A stretch of 64,000 nucleotides of DNA from a virus. Positions 48,163 through 57,182 of the stretch are shown here, piece after piece. Positions within the stretch are counted from its first letter, which is position 1. Each line of letters starts with the position of its first letter. The notes under the pieces are model-generated. The model searched no databases. It was not told where the DNA came from and saw nothing but the letters and a program-made list of their open reading frames with translations. Both the position numbers and the translations under genes were made by a program. The stretch covers positions 1-64,000 of IMG/VR virus record IMGVR_UViG_3300028920_000059. One strand, written 5' to 3'.

Positions 48163-48987
48163 TTATGGCTGCTTCTGCCAGATGGATGGTCTATCGTTCC
48201 AGATTTTGGTCTTGAGCTTGGCGTATCCTGCGTTGCGCATAACACGCCCGAAGGTACGGCCAGCTGCCTTATTAGGGATTGTGTCGGTAAGACCAAGGCC
48301 TCTGGTGAATAGATAGATGGGGAAGTGACCGATAGCGATACCGGTGAAGCTATTGATTGTGATGATGTACTCCGGCCTATTCTGTTCTATAATTTCAAGA
48401 ACGTGCCGGAACGGGTGCTGGAAGTGCTCAAAGTATTCGCTAGCGAAAACTACGTCAACCGGACCGAGGTTCTCCAATCCAGTAGCCATCTCAAATCCTG
48501 CCTCGTCTGCAATCTCATTAGCGATTCTATACTGCAGAGTGCCAGGCAGGTTGGTTCCGATAACGTGAGAATCTGGCAACAGCTCCTTCAGGAAAGCGGT
48601 GCTGTATCCAATTCCACAGCCAGCATCGACAACAATTTTGGCTTTATGGATAAGATCGATGACGCTTCGATTTATGAGGGCATTATCTTTATTCAATGCC
48701 TTGATGCTTTTGTTGCTGTAGAGTGCCCAGCAAGCCCACGCTTCGCAGACGTAGTACGGATCCGCATAGACAGAATAGTTTGGCTCCTCTCCAAGAAGTG
48801 AGTCATACCATTTACGCTCCAGCTTCTTGATTGGATGATAAGACGGTAACACCTCAGACGTTCGGATCGACCGGACGTATGAAGCGATTACTTCTTCAGC
48901 TTCGTTGAGGCTGATCGGGATGTCTGCTTGGAATTTTTCAATCAATTCCAACAGATTGTTGATTTTGGTTTTGTCCCGATAGCTCAC
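48163..48987 (-). CDS. Class I SAM-dependent methyltransferase
   Basis: VVDAGCGIGYST, DVVFASEYFEH. Confidence 0.75.
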   Translation of the reverse strand: MSYRDKTKINNLLELIEKFQADIPISLNEAEEVIASYVRSIRTSEVLPSYHPIKKLERKWYDSLLGEEPNYSVYADPYYVCEAWACWALYSNKSIKALNKDNALINRSVIDLIHKAKIVVDAGCGIGYSTAFLKELLPDSHVIGTNLPGTLQYRIANEIADEAGFEMATGLENLGPVDVVFASEYFEHFQHPFRHVLEIIEQNRPEYIITINSFTGIAIGHFPIYLFTRGLGLTDTIPNKAAGRTFGRVMRNAGYAKLKTKIWNDRPSIWQKQP

Positions 48988-49160
48988 ACTGCGTACTTTT
49001 GATTGAAGGTATGGATCCTATTCTTGAGCCGGTCGCGGATCTTGCGCTCGGTTTTAGAGCACTTCTTGGGAATAGCCTCAAAGCGTTCCAGTAGGCGCAG
49101 AATCTTACGACGGGCCTTACAGGGAAGGGACTGGTAGCGTTTCGGGAGGGTCGTCTCCAT
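48984..49160 (-). CDS. Small basic protein (58 aa, not in the ORF track)
   Basis: AGGAGTCCTACC-ATG; METTLPKRYQSLP...; GTGA overlap with the next gene. Confidence 0.6.
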   Translation of the reverse strand: METTLPKRYQSLPCKARRKILRLLERFEAIPKKCSKTERKIRDRLKNRIHTFNQKYAV

Positions 49161-49217
49161 GGTAGGACTCCTAAATCGAAGGAGGGGTAAAAGGTTATAG
49201 TCAGAGAAGTCTGTTGT

Positions 49218-49631
49218 CTAGAATTTTCCTAGCGCCTCCTTTAGCGCAGTATCAATCGCTTCGTGTCTCTCGGCGGGCGATTTCATTACCAAGATATTTC
49301 CGATCGACGCCTTGCGCTTTTCGGTATTGGCATAGATTCGGGCGCTAATTAGATGAGTCTGACTCTCGATCTGATCATCGAGTGTTTCCAGTGCAGCCAC
49401 CAGCGCGCCCACGTATGGATCTAGCGCGTTGGGTTTGCTCTTTTTATTATTGACTAAGAACCTACCGGCGAGAGACAGGTGACTGTAGAGCTGGTTGGCC
49501 TCGCCGGCGGCTGCGATGAGGTGCGACTTGAAGCGACCGCCTGGGGCGATGTCGATCAAACGACGTATCTCATCCTGGATCGACTCGCAGTCCTTCATCG
49601 CTTTGCCTAGTATATTAGGATTGAGAGTCAT
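49218..49631 (-). CDS. Hypothetical protein
   Basis: ATGA overlap; AAAGGA RBS. Confidence 0.55.
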   Translation of the reverse strand: MTLNPNILGKAMKDCESIQDEIRRLIDIAPGGRFKSHLIAAAGEANQLYSHLSLAGRFLVNNKKSKPNALDPYVGALVAALETLDDQIESQTHLISARIYANTEKRKASIGNILVMKSPAERHEAIDTALKEALGKF

Positions 49632-49852
49632 GGTGCTTTTCCTTTCTTGTTGGCTTTTGCCTTGTCGTAGTCCTGGGTGTGCTCGACGTAGCGGCCGTCC
49701 GACGTGAAGTGGGCGGTTTCCATGGCCACGCGGTCGTTGCGCATGCGCTTCATCCGGCGCTTCCAGCCACGATGACGTGCGCTTTTGACTTTGTGGCGAC
49801 CTCGGACGGTGGACTGGCCGCGGCCGTTGGCGGACTGGTTCTTGGAGGGCAT
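49628..49852 (-). CDS. Small basic protein
   Basis: AAGGAG RBS. Confidence 0.5.
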   Translation of the reverse strand: MPSKNQSANGRGQSTVRGRHKVKSARHRGWKRRMKRMRNDRVAMETAHFTSDGRYVEHTQDYDKAKANKKGKAP

Positions 49853-49865
49853 GTGAGCTCCTTCT

Positions 49866-50186
49866 TCAGGGATCGATGAGAGTCTTGAGCGTGGCGGGCA
49901 CCGGCTCCTTGAGCTTGGTATACAAGGCTTCGACGGCCTTGGCTACGACCAGAATCTGGTCCGTCGGCTTGCTCTTGTTGACCGGCACGAGGCCGACCAT
50001 CTTGCAGCACTCCCGGATGGAGAGTGTGGCGATGTCGCGTCCGAAGTGCTTCGAGGCTCTCACGCCGATGTCGACGTAGGTCAAGCCCGTCAGGTCCTTG
50101 CGGTTATCCTCGAGGAAGTGCGCGAGGTGATAGAAGTCCTCGTGGCTGAGTCGCCGGCGAGAGGGTTTGGTTTTCTTAGGGACCAT
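49866..50186 (-). CDS. Hypothetical protein
   Basis: AAGGAG RBS. Confidence 0.55.
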   Translation of the reverse strand: MVPKKTKPSRRRLSHEDFYHLAHFLEDNRKDLTGLTYVDIGVRASKHFGRDIATLSIRECCKMVGLVPVNKSKPTDQILVVAKAVEALYTKLKEPVPATLKTLIDP

Positions 50187-50208
50187 ATTTACTCCTTGAG
50201 CCTGATGG

Positions 50209-50658
50209 TTATGCGGATTCTTTACTCATCTCGATGAGGTGAGCCATGTAGAGGGGGTGGACGGGGACTTCGTTCTGCTCGGCGCCGACCGCGCAGCCCA
50301 GAGCGTACTCGGGGTCATAGCGATAGATGCCGCGGTGCTTCTTGCTCCGGGCGCTCATCACGTAGACGATGGCCGGGATCGGCGCGTGCCACATGTCTGA
50401 GATGACGTCCACCCACTGCTTGATGTAGTAGGTCGGCACGCCTTCGTAGAGATCCAGCGCGGCCAGGCACTCGGGGGTGATCTCCCATAGCACGCCGTGG
50501 ACGGCGTCTTCGGGATCCTCATCGATATCGGCATGGAGCCGTTCGCAGAGGGTCCAGCCAGGGAGACAGGCCGGTCCCAGATTCGTGGCCTTCGGGCAGC
50601 GCCAGCGCATCTGGTTGTTATTCATGTTGGAGCCGTAGGCGAAGTAAAGGGGGTTCAT
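50209..50658 (-). CDS. Gamma-glutamylcyclotransferase (AIG2-like)
   Basis: YFAYGSNMN, VHGVLWEI, LDLYEG..YY. Confidence 0.85.
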   Translation of the reverse strand: MNPLYFAYGSNMNNNQMRWRCPKATNLGPACLPGWTLCERLHADIDEDPEDAVHGVLWEITPECLAALDLYEGVPTYYIKQWVDVISDMWHAPIPAIVYVMSARSKKHRGIYRYDPEYALGCAVGAEQNEVPVHPLYMAHLIEMSKESA

Positions 50659-50924
50659 CAGAACTCCTCGGGCAGGTTGATTTCGATGTTGTCGGTCAGG
50701 CGATCCACGACAGCCATGAATCGCATCTCCTCCAGGTCGGGCCGGAGGATCGGGGACTTGAGGTAGGGCTTGGCCTTGGCGTCCAGCTCGGACGGGATCC
50801 AGACCTGGCCTTCTAGCTCGGTTTGGAAGGCCTCGGCGAGGGTCTCCAGGCGCTTCAGGCGCTGCTCTTGCAGCTCCTTCCACGCTTGGACGACCTCGGC
50901 GCCGGTGATGGGCTTGTTGCTCAT
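50658..50924 (-). CDS. Hypothetical protein
   Basis: AAAGGA RBS. Confidence 0.55.
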   Translation of the reverse strand: MSNKPITGAEVVQAWKELQEQRLKRLETLAEAFQTELEGQVWIPSELDAKAKPYLKSPILRPDLEEMRFMAVVDRLTDNIEINLPEEF

Positions 50925-50946
50925 GGGGTGGGTTTCCTTTCTGCTC

Positions 50947-51798
50947 TCAGGCCGCCAGCTGCTTCTTGCGCTGCTTGACCCACTTGCGGATGTCCTTATA
51001 GATGGCCTTCATCTCGACCTGCTTCGCGGGGCTGCAGGCCATGATGGTCTGGTTGCCACCGAGGAGGTGGAAGGCCCAGAAGATGTTATGCCGGGCGTTG
51101 GTCGGCTTCCGGATGCTCTTCTTGCTGGAGGCCGCCCGCTCGACCAGCGCCTGAGTTAGACAGACCCAGCCGCAAATCTTATCGGCGTCGGTGGTCCCCC
51201 CGAAGTGCCGGATCTCGACTGTGCTGTGGCGCTGGAAGGCCGCCATGTTGACTTTGTAGTAGCGGCTGTTCAGGCCGAGCTGCGGGGTACGATGGTGGCG
51301 GCTGGTACGAAAGAGTTGGCCGGCGTCGATATGCTGCAGGGTGTTACAGTAATAGGCGTTGCTACGGCGCCGCGAGGGCGGTACCATCTCGTCCATCTCG
51401 GCTTCGTGGTTCTTGTAGAGGTTGACCACGTTACGCAGCTGCTTCACGCCGAAGTCGCTGGCGCCGTGGTGGACGTGGAGGCCGCAGCTCTTGTTTATCG
51501 TCGCCTGTACGATGGGGCCGTTGAGGATCGCGCAGACCTGGCGGATCTGCAGCAGGCCCTCTTCGCCGCTCAGGACGGGGCTAACCAGCTCAAAGCTGTG
51601 CCACCCGCGCCGGTAGTCGATGGAGCCATCGCTTACGATCTTCCAGTGGGGCCTGGTGGAGTGATTGTACCCTTCGACCTGGCAGGCGATGCCGGCTTCG
51701 TTGAGCAAACGAGAGACGTGCTCCTCGCTAACCTTGGAGTACATTTCGATTTCGATTCCGAAGGAGCGGGAGGTCAGAGGCTTGGTGAGGCTGATCAT
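50947..51798 (-). CDS. Putative amidoligase (COOH-NH2 ligase type 2)
   Basis: FGIEIE, DGSI, ELVSP, SCGLHVH, RYYKVN, TVEIRHF. Confidence 0.85.
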   Translation of the reverse strand: MISLTKPLTSRSFGIEIEMYSKVSEEHVSRLLNEAGIACQVEGYNHSTRPHWKIVSDGSIDYRRGWHSFELVSPVLSGEEGLLQIRQVCAILNGPIVQATINKSCGLHVHHGASDFGVKQLRNVVNLYKNHEAEMDEMVPPSRRRSNAYYCNTLQHIDAGQLFRTSRHHRTPQLGLNSRYYKVNMAAFQRHSTVEIRHFGGTTDADKICGWVCLTQALVERAASSKKSIRKPTNARHNIFWAFHLLGGNQTIMACSPAKQVEMKAIYKDIRKWVKQRKKQLAA

Positions 51799-51831
51799 CG
51801 GTAGGACTCCGTTTGTTGTTTCGATGGCTCA

Positions 51832-51859
51832 ATAGTAGCACTTATATGCGTGATGTAAA
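51832..51859 (-). promoter_or_regulatory. Sigma70-like early promoter
   Basis: TTTACA-N16-TACTAT on - strand in the divergent gap. Confidence 0.6.
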
Positions 51860-51946
51860 TACTTTTTTCGACGACTATAAGTGCTTATAGCAATACGGCT
51901 TATGAGACCCCCTCTTTTCAATCTCGCCGGAGGCACGATATAGAGT

Positions 51947-52969
51947 ATGCTTGACGTACCTACCATCGGGATCATCGGTTACGGCTTTGTCGGCAAGGCC
52001 ACCGCCCTTCTCTGGCAGCTCCCTTCTATATCTATCAACGATCCCAAGCTGCCCGGATCGTTCCCGCTACCCGAGATCGCGGAGTGCGATCTCATCTTTA
52101 TCTGCGTTCCGACGCCGATGAAGTTTGACGGCGGCCCACAGGATACTTCTATCATCCGGTCGACACTGCGCGATCTGGCCGAGGAGTTAGACAAGCAGCA
52201 CCACGAGGAGGCCATCGTCATAGTAAAGTCGACCGTACTGCCAGACGTTCTGCTAAATATCAAGCAAGACTTCCCGTGGCTTCGCCTAGTGATGTCGCCT
52301 GAGTTTCTTCGGGAGAAAACATGGCGCCACGATGCGATGGCGCCTCGTTTCCATATCTTTGGTGGCGAGTATCGGGACACGAAGCAGGTGGCGGACTGGT
52401 GTAATGACTTTAGTATCGCTCCTGGGATCCCGATATACCAGGTGAGCCTTACTGCCGCACCATTGGTCAAATATATGATCAACACGTTCTTGGCGATGAA
52501 AGTCATCTTCATGAACCAGTGGCGCTTGGTCTTTGATCGGTCGGGCGCTCCGGATTCGTGGGCGGATGTCGTGAAAGCATTTCATGCAGATGTCCGCGTC
52601 GGTAATTCGCACGGCGCCGTTCCTGGTCCTGATGGAATGATGGGCTACGGAGGCAAATGCTTCCCGAAGGATGTCGCTGCGATTATCCACTTCGCTGATC
52701 GGGTCCGCCGCCCATTCTCACTACTGGCTGAGATCCAGAGGATCAATCATGAGATCAGGCCCAAGCGTGACTGGCTCAAGATTGATGGCGCTACGAGCAA
52801 AGGTAAGATAGAGGACCTGGAGGATCCGCAGGAAAAGTGGGACTGCCTGGGCTGGTATATGGAGATAGGTAAGCCTTGGGCTATTTCGGGCGTCTGCTCT
52901 GCCAGGTGCCCAGCGCGATTTAAGTGCTGGAAGTTGAAGAAGGAACGGCTTGCGCAGGAGGAGGATTGA
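51947..52969 (+). CDS. ugd: UDP-glucose 6-dehydrogenase
   Basis: GYGFVG, FICVPTP, KSTVLP, SPEFLRE, KYMINTFLAMKV, GYGGKCFPKD. Confidence 0.88.
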   Translation: MLDVPTIGIIGYGFVGKATALLWQLPSISINDPKLPGSFPLPEIAECDLIFICVPTPMKFDGGPQDTSIIRSTLRDLAEELDKQHHEEAIVIVKSTVLPDVLLNIKQDFPWLRLVMSPEFLREKTWRHDAMAPRFHIFGGEYRDTKQVADWCNDFSIAPGIPIYQVSLTAAPLVKYMINTFLAMKVIFMNQWRLVFDRSGAPDSWADVVKAFHADVRVGNSHGAVPGPDGMMGYGGKCFPKDVAAIIHFADRVRRPFSLLAEIQRINHEIRPKRDWLKIDGATSKGKIEDLEDPQEKWDCLGWYMEIGKPWAISGVCSARCPARFKCWKLKKERLAQEED

Positions 52970-53060
52970 TGGATCATCTGCTGTGGCCGTTGCCCCTTCT
53001 GTTCGCTTTGATCTTGATGGCTATTGTATTCAACCGGCGCGACGACGATAAGGAGGATGA

Positions 53061-53504
53061 ATGAAAATCCTTGCCCTTCTCCTTCTACTTCTCCCTCTCG
53101 CAGCAGAAACTGAAGTGGTATGGGCGTATGTCACAGCTTACTGCCCGTGTCGAAAATGTTGTGGGAGGCACGCTAACGGTAAGACTGCCACAGGTAAGCG
53201 GATTATCCGTCCAAGGCGTATGGAGGATCATTGGGGAATTGCCGCTGACTTTCGTGCGCTGCCGGAAGGTACTCGCATTATCGTCCCGGGCTACAAGCCC
53301 TCACGCTACTTCCCAGCCGACCACGCTTGGCTGGTTGATGATACTGGTGGTGACATGAAAACAGCATGGCGTTGGCCGTGGACACATCCAACTCAACCTC
53401 GTCGGGAGCGGTTTATTCATATTGACGTCCGCTTCATCCACCACCGCAATGCAGTGAAGTGGGGTGAGAAGTGGTTGCGAGTGACGATAATACGCAGGGA
53501 ATGA
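53061..53504 (+). CDS. Secreted 3D-domain peptidoglycan lytic protein
   Basis: Signal peptide; VTAYCPCRKCCG, TATG, IAAD, DDTGG, HIDV. Confidence 0.75.
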   Translation: MKILALLLLLLPLAAETEVVWAYVTAYCPCRKCCGRHANGKTATGKRIIRPRRMEDHWGIAADFRALPEGTRIIVPGYKPSRYFPADHAWLVDDTGGDMKTAWRWPWTHPTQPRRERFIHIDVRFIHHRNAVKWGEKWLRVTIIRRE

Positions 53505-53519
53505 AAGGATTGAATTGAC

Positions 53520-53882
53520 ATGAAAACCAAAACCATCCTATGCTGCTTGTTGCTTTTGTTCTCCGTTTCAATTCTGGCGGAGGAGAAAGCCCCCACCATC
53601 AAGGACAGGGAGGCTCTAGCTTTTGCCGCTCTCTTCCAAGTGCTGTGGGAACAGGGGACTGAGGAATGGCGCAGTAAGTATTTCCACCTGAAAAGATTTG
53701 TCGCTTTGAAGGAGCGGTATGATTTGGTCATCCGAAAAAAGGAGGGGGGTGGTGGGTTTCGGGATCTGGGTCCCACCGATCCTGAGACGATAATCAACAG
53801 CATCCGGGAAAAAATGAAAACTCATCAATCCGAAGTGTTGGAGATTCTGAATGCTGTTGCCCCGTCCGCTTCGGCGGAATAG
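53520..53882 (+). CDS. Secreted hypothetical protein
   Basis: N-terminal signal peptide. Confidence 0.5.
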   Translation: MKTKTILCCLLLLFSVSILAEEKAPTIKDREALAFAALFQVLWEQGTEEWRSKYFHLKRFVALKERYDLVIRKKEGGGGFRDLGPTDPETIINSIREKMKTHQSEVLEILNAVAPSASAE

Positions 53883-54207
53883 TTGGGCGCGGACGCCCGA
53901 AAGGAACTAAACGTGCAACTGAAAATAAGAATATCAAAAACGCGCTACATCGCACTAAACATTACAAAGACAATCCGCGTCACCATGGATGATGGAGAAG
54001 GCGGAGCCTGGGACAACATCGTGCATGTAGGCCGGTGTTTGGAAAAGAGCAAACCAAATATACGGGCATATCAAATGCATGTCCTGTGGTTTTGGCTTTC
54101 CTATTGGCGGACTGACTGCAAACCACTTGCGCACGGCTTGCATGAAATAGAGCCCAACCCCGAGCCAAGCGGCCCGTCCGCTTCGGCGGAATCGTTGGGT
54201 GAGGACG
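53861..54207 (+). repeat. Two copies of CCCGTCCGCTTCGGCGGAAT-N-GTTGGG (attC-like)
   Basis: Copies at 53861-53888 and 54173-54200. Confidence 0.7.
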
Positions 54208-54289
54208 ATCAAACACGGGGGGACGAGGCATGAGCGGCCACCTCACTTCATTAGTCGATATGCGCCTCCCTTCCGAAAAGGAGCAGACC

Positions 54290-54640
54290 ATGAACCGTCC
54301 TAAAGTCGTTTGCCTGTGTGGGTCAACCCGTTTCATTGACACCTTTCGGGAAGCCAACTGGACGGAAACCCTCAAGGGCAACATCGTGCTCTCCATCGGC
54401 TGTGATACCAAATCCAACGATGGGTTGAAGCTGACGATTGTGGATAAGACAGCTTTGGACATCCTCCACCTACGGAAGATTGACCTGGCTGATGAAATCC
54501 TGGTCATCAACGTAAACAATTACATCGGGGAGTCCACCTCCCGGGAAATTGAATATGCTCGCTCCCACGGAAAGCCGGTGCGGTATTGGTACCAGGGGAG
54601 GGAAGTAAGCGTGGAAGAGTTTTTTGGGGAGGAATCATGA
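54290..54640 (+). CDS. Nucleoside deoxyribosyltransferase-like small Rossmannoid protein
   Basis: VVCLCGSTRF, HLRKIDLADEILVIN..YIGEST.REIEYA. Confidence 0.65.
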   Translation: MNRPKVVCLCGSTRFIDTFREANWTETLKGNIVLSIGCDTKSNDGLKLTIVDKTALDILHLRKIDLADEILVINVNNYIGESTSREIEYARSHGKPVRYWYQGREVSVEEFFGEES

Positions 54641-54939
54641 GCTTACTCAATCGGGTATTTACCGACGCCGGCCGTGCTATGTGCAAGCAGGCGAACGATT
54701 CCCTGCAGGATCTCATCAACCAAGCAAAGAAGGTCAAGGCCTTCGGGCCGGAACCAAAGATCACCTGCGAGGAGATTGCCGGTCGCCCTGACCTGGGCGA
54801 AACCTATTTTATCAATGGACATCCCATACTTTGGTTCGGTCCTATCGAGATCGAACAAGTGCCCGGCCCCCACTATCAGATTCGCTATCGGGTATCACGC
54901 GAGGTGAAGCAGTTGGGGCTGGAGGAGGAGGGCCAGTAA
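54637..54939 (+). CDS. Hypothetical protein
   Basis: GGAGG RBS; ATGA overlap. Confidence 0.5.
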   Translation: MSLLNRVFTDAGRAMCKQANDSLQDLINQAKKVKAFGPEPKITCEEIAGRPDLGETYFINGHPILWFGPIEIEQVPGPHYQIRYRVSREVKQLGLEEEGQ

Positions 54940-55547
54940 TGTTTTTTTGTGACGAGTGCGCTGAGAAAAACGGCTGGTCTAAGGGATTTGCCAAGTCCCA
55001 CGGGGCTTGTGAGGTTTGTGGCGCTATTGGTACGTGCAGCGACGTTCCTGCAAGTCATCTACCATCAGGAGAAAACCATGAACCTACTCCACCCCCTCCA
55101 GGAGTCCCCGACATGAAGCAGCCCGAAGACACCAGAGACCTGCTGAGGATGCTGTGGGACGACAACGCCCCGGCTTCGCTTTGCCACTTGGCCGCCTATT
55201 GCTATACTCATGGGCACGGCGTTGAATACGCGCTGTCCCGGTGTGGAGATGATGAGGCAGACTGGCTCCGCTCCCACGGCTACCTCCCCACCGAGGAGCC
55301 TGCCCGAGAGCCGAGGCCGGGGGATGTGTGGCTTGGTATCGACGGAATAGTGCGGTTCCTGATTTCCAAAATGGACGAGACTTGGTTTTATCTTTACGTG
55401 AAAACACCGTCGGAGATTCATCCCCAGCAGCTTTATGGAATTGGCGAATTAGATAGTGAACATCTTTGCACCTACTTCCTCCATACCTACGTCGGCCACA
55501 TAAACGACTTCCGCGCCGTGCTCCTGGCCGCAGCCCGAGGAGAATGA
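54939..55547 (+). CDS. Hypothetical protein with N-terminal Zn finger
   Basis: FCDEC...CEVCG...C. Confidence 0.5.
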   Translation: MFFCDECAEKNGWSKGFAKSHGACEVCGAIGTCSDVPASHLPSGENHEPTPPPPGVPDMKQPEDTRDLLRMLWDDNAPASLCHLAAYCYTHGHGVEYALSRCGDDEADWLRSHGYLPTEEPAREPRPGDVWLGIDGIVRFLISKMDETWFYLYVKTPSEIHPQQLYGIGELDSEHLCTYFLHTYVGHINDFRAVLLAAARGE

Positions 55548-55894
55548 CTATGCCATTTTTTCGCAAGAAGCCTGTTACCGTTGAGGCCCATCAGTGGTAC
55601 ACGAACGGGGATCACCCAGAAGATAATAGCCGCCCAATCTCACCGGAGAACCCGTCGCTAAGCGAGGGTGAAGTGGTCCGGTACTTCCGTGACCCTAACG
55701 TGCCCCATATTAGGCCGTGCGAACATTGCGGGTATGTCATGGGCCACCACGGATGGATAGACACCCTGGAGGGTGGTCATATCGTCTGCCCTGGTGATAT
55801 AATTATTACTGGTGTGCGCGGAGAGCGGTACCCGTGCAAGCCTGACATCTTCGCGGAGACTTATGAGCCGATCGAGAAGGAGGGGGGTGAGTGA
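55544..55894 (+). CDS. Conserved phage protein (RKKPV/PGD family)
   Basis: FRKKPVTVEAHQW...TLEG...PGDIIITGVRGERYPCKPDIF. Confidence 0.75.
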   Translation: MTMPFFRKKPVTVEAHQWYTNGDHPEDNSRPISPENPSLSEGEVVRYFRDPNVPHIRPCEHCGYVMGHHGWIDTLEGGHIVCPGDIIITGVRGERYPCKPDIFAETYEPIEKEGGE

Positions 55895-56139
55895 TGGTAC
55901 TGCAACGGTACACCCCATACACCCGTGGCACCCAGATAGACTACGGATGCGGGGAATCGCCGGATGGCGCCTATGTCCGCTACTCAGACGTAGAGCCATT
56001 GATAGCGACATTGCGCGAGATAGCGACTGATAGGCAGTGCGATGAGGTTGACTTGCGCACTCACGCACGCACTGCTCTCGACGCTGCCGGAATCCCCCTG
56101 GAGGATAGTGGGATGGGAATTGAGGATAATAGCACATGA
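55891..56139 (+). CDS. Hypothetical protein
   Basis: DGAYVRYSD motif; overlap with upstream gene. Confidence 0.5.
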   Translation: MMVLQRYTPYTRGTQIDYGCGESPDGAYVRYSDVEPLIATLREIATDRQCDEVDLRTHARTALDAAGIPLEDSGMGIEDNST

Positions 56140-56205
56140 ACGGCTAGAGTGTCTCGCCTGTAATGATGGAAACCTTACATTTACTTACCATGGAGAAAGA
56201 ATACG

Positions 56206-56430
56206 ATGTCCCAGGTAGAAGTAGGCAAGACATATCGGGAAGTGTGGCCGTTGGTCAACGGTAAACCTAATGTCCACAACAAACTCATCCACGTGCGAGG
56301 AAAGGTGGACGACCAGTACATCATACGTTGGTGGAGGCCATCCAAACAACGCTGGGAATATATTTGTGAACCCGATTGGCACGTGGAATCCCTTATCAAA
56401 AAAGGGACATGGATTCCCAAGTCCCCATAA
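56206..56430 (+). CDS. Hypothetical protein
   Basis: 74-aa ORF. Confidence 0.4.
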   Translation: MSQVEVGKTYREVWPLVNGKPNVHNKLIHVRGKVDDQYIIRWWRPSKQRWEYICEPDWHVESLIKKGTWIPKSP

Positions 56431-56482
56431 TTGGGGCCTTTCTTAGCTCTCCCCCTAAATAGGAAGTAAAACCAACAATCTC

Positions 56483-56532
56483 TCGACAGCTTCAACCGCC
56501 CCACTATACTTAGCGAACATATAGTTCGCTAA
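56483..56532 (+). promoter_or_regulatory. Promoter with a palindrome upstream of the packaging genes
   Basis: TCGACA-N16-TATACT followed by TTAGCGAAC-ATATA-GTTCGCTAA. Confidence 0.5.
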
Positions 56533-56550
56533 ATCAACAGAGGCGGTTTT

Positions 56551-57105
56551 ATGACACGCAACTTAGAAGTCAGAAACAAGACTCAAGTAGCACGATACCA
56601 TCGCAAGGCCAAACTAGCGACAAGGCCACCAAGACCACGCCTCCGCAAGCGCCTCAGGCCTGTACGGCGCAAAACCACAGTCATCAATGCAATACCAGGA
56701 ACATACGGCAGTATAACAAAGCTGGCGCAGATACTGCATTGCACTACCGGAACGCTTGTTCATCAACTCAATCAACCAGGCTGGGAATTAGTCAAAGAAG
56801 CGATCCAAGAAGAGGCGCTGAGGGCCAAAGAACAATCCCTGGTCAACATCTACGACATCGCCTCCAACGCGGCCAACCCAGTCGTGCGCCTCAAAGCGAA
56901 TTGTTGGATCGTGGAAAAGACGATCCCAGGCTATGCGCCTACGACCAAGATGAAGGTTGAAGGAGATCCAGATTATCCGATTCGCCATGAGCATCTTCAT
57001 GTGGTGGCTCATCGTGATGTTTTGGATTGCCCTATCGAGGAGCGCAAGCGGGTACTGGCCGAGATGGAAGCTAGAGAGGTAGAGGAGGCGGTTGATGAGA
57101 GTTGA
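56551..57105 (+). CDS. Terminase small subunit (putative)
   Basis: N-terminal HTH-like segment; directly upstream of terL. Confidence 0.6.
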   Translation: MTRNLEVRNKTQVARYHRKAKLATRPPRPRLRKRLRPVRRKTTVINAIPGTYGSITKLAQILHCTTGTLVHQLNQPGWELVKEAIQEEALRAKEQSLVNIYDIASNAANPVVRLKANCWIVEKTIPGYAPTTKMKVEGDPDYPIRHEHLHVVAHRDVLDCPIEERKRVLAEMEAREVEEAVDES

Positions 57106-57182
57106 GGCATATTGAGGCATAAAAATGCGATTTGATCGAGGATGTCAGGGGTTGATGGGGGATGGTCGGGGGGTGAGCGATA

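Noticed and set aside
56514-56528. LexA (Cheo) box CGAAC-N4-GTTCG
   Set aside because: The spacer is 5 nt rather than 4, and no second copy was noticed.
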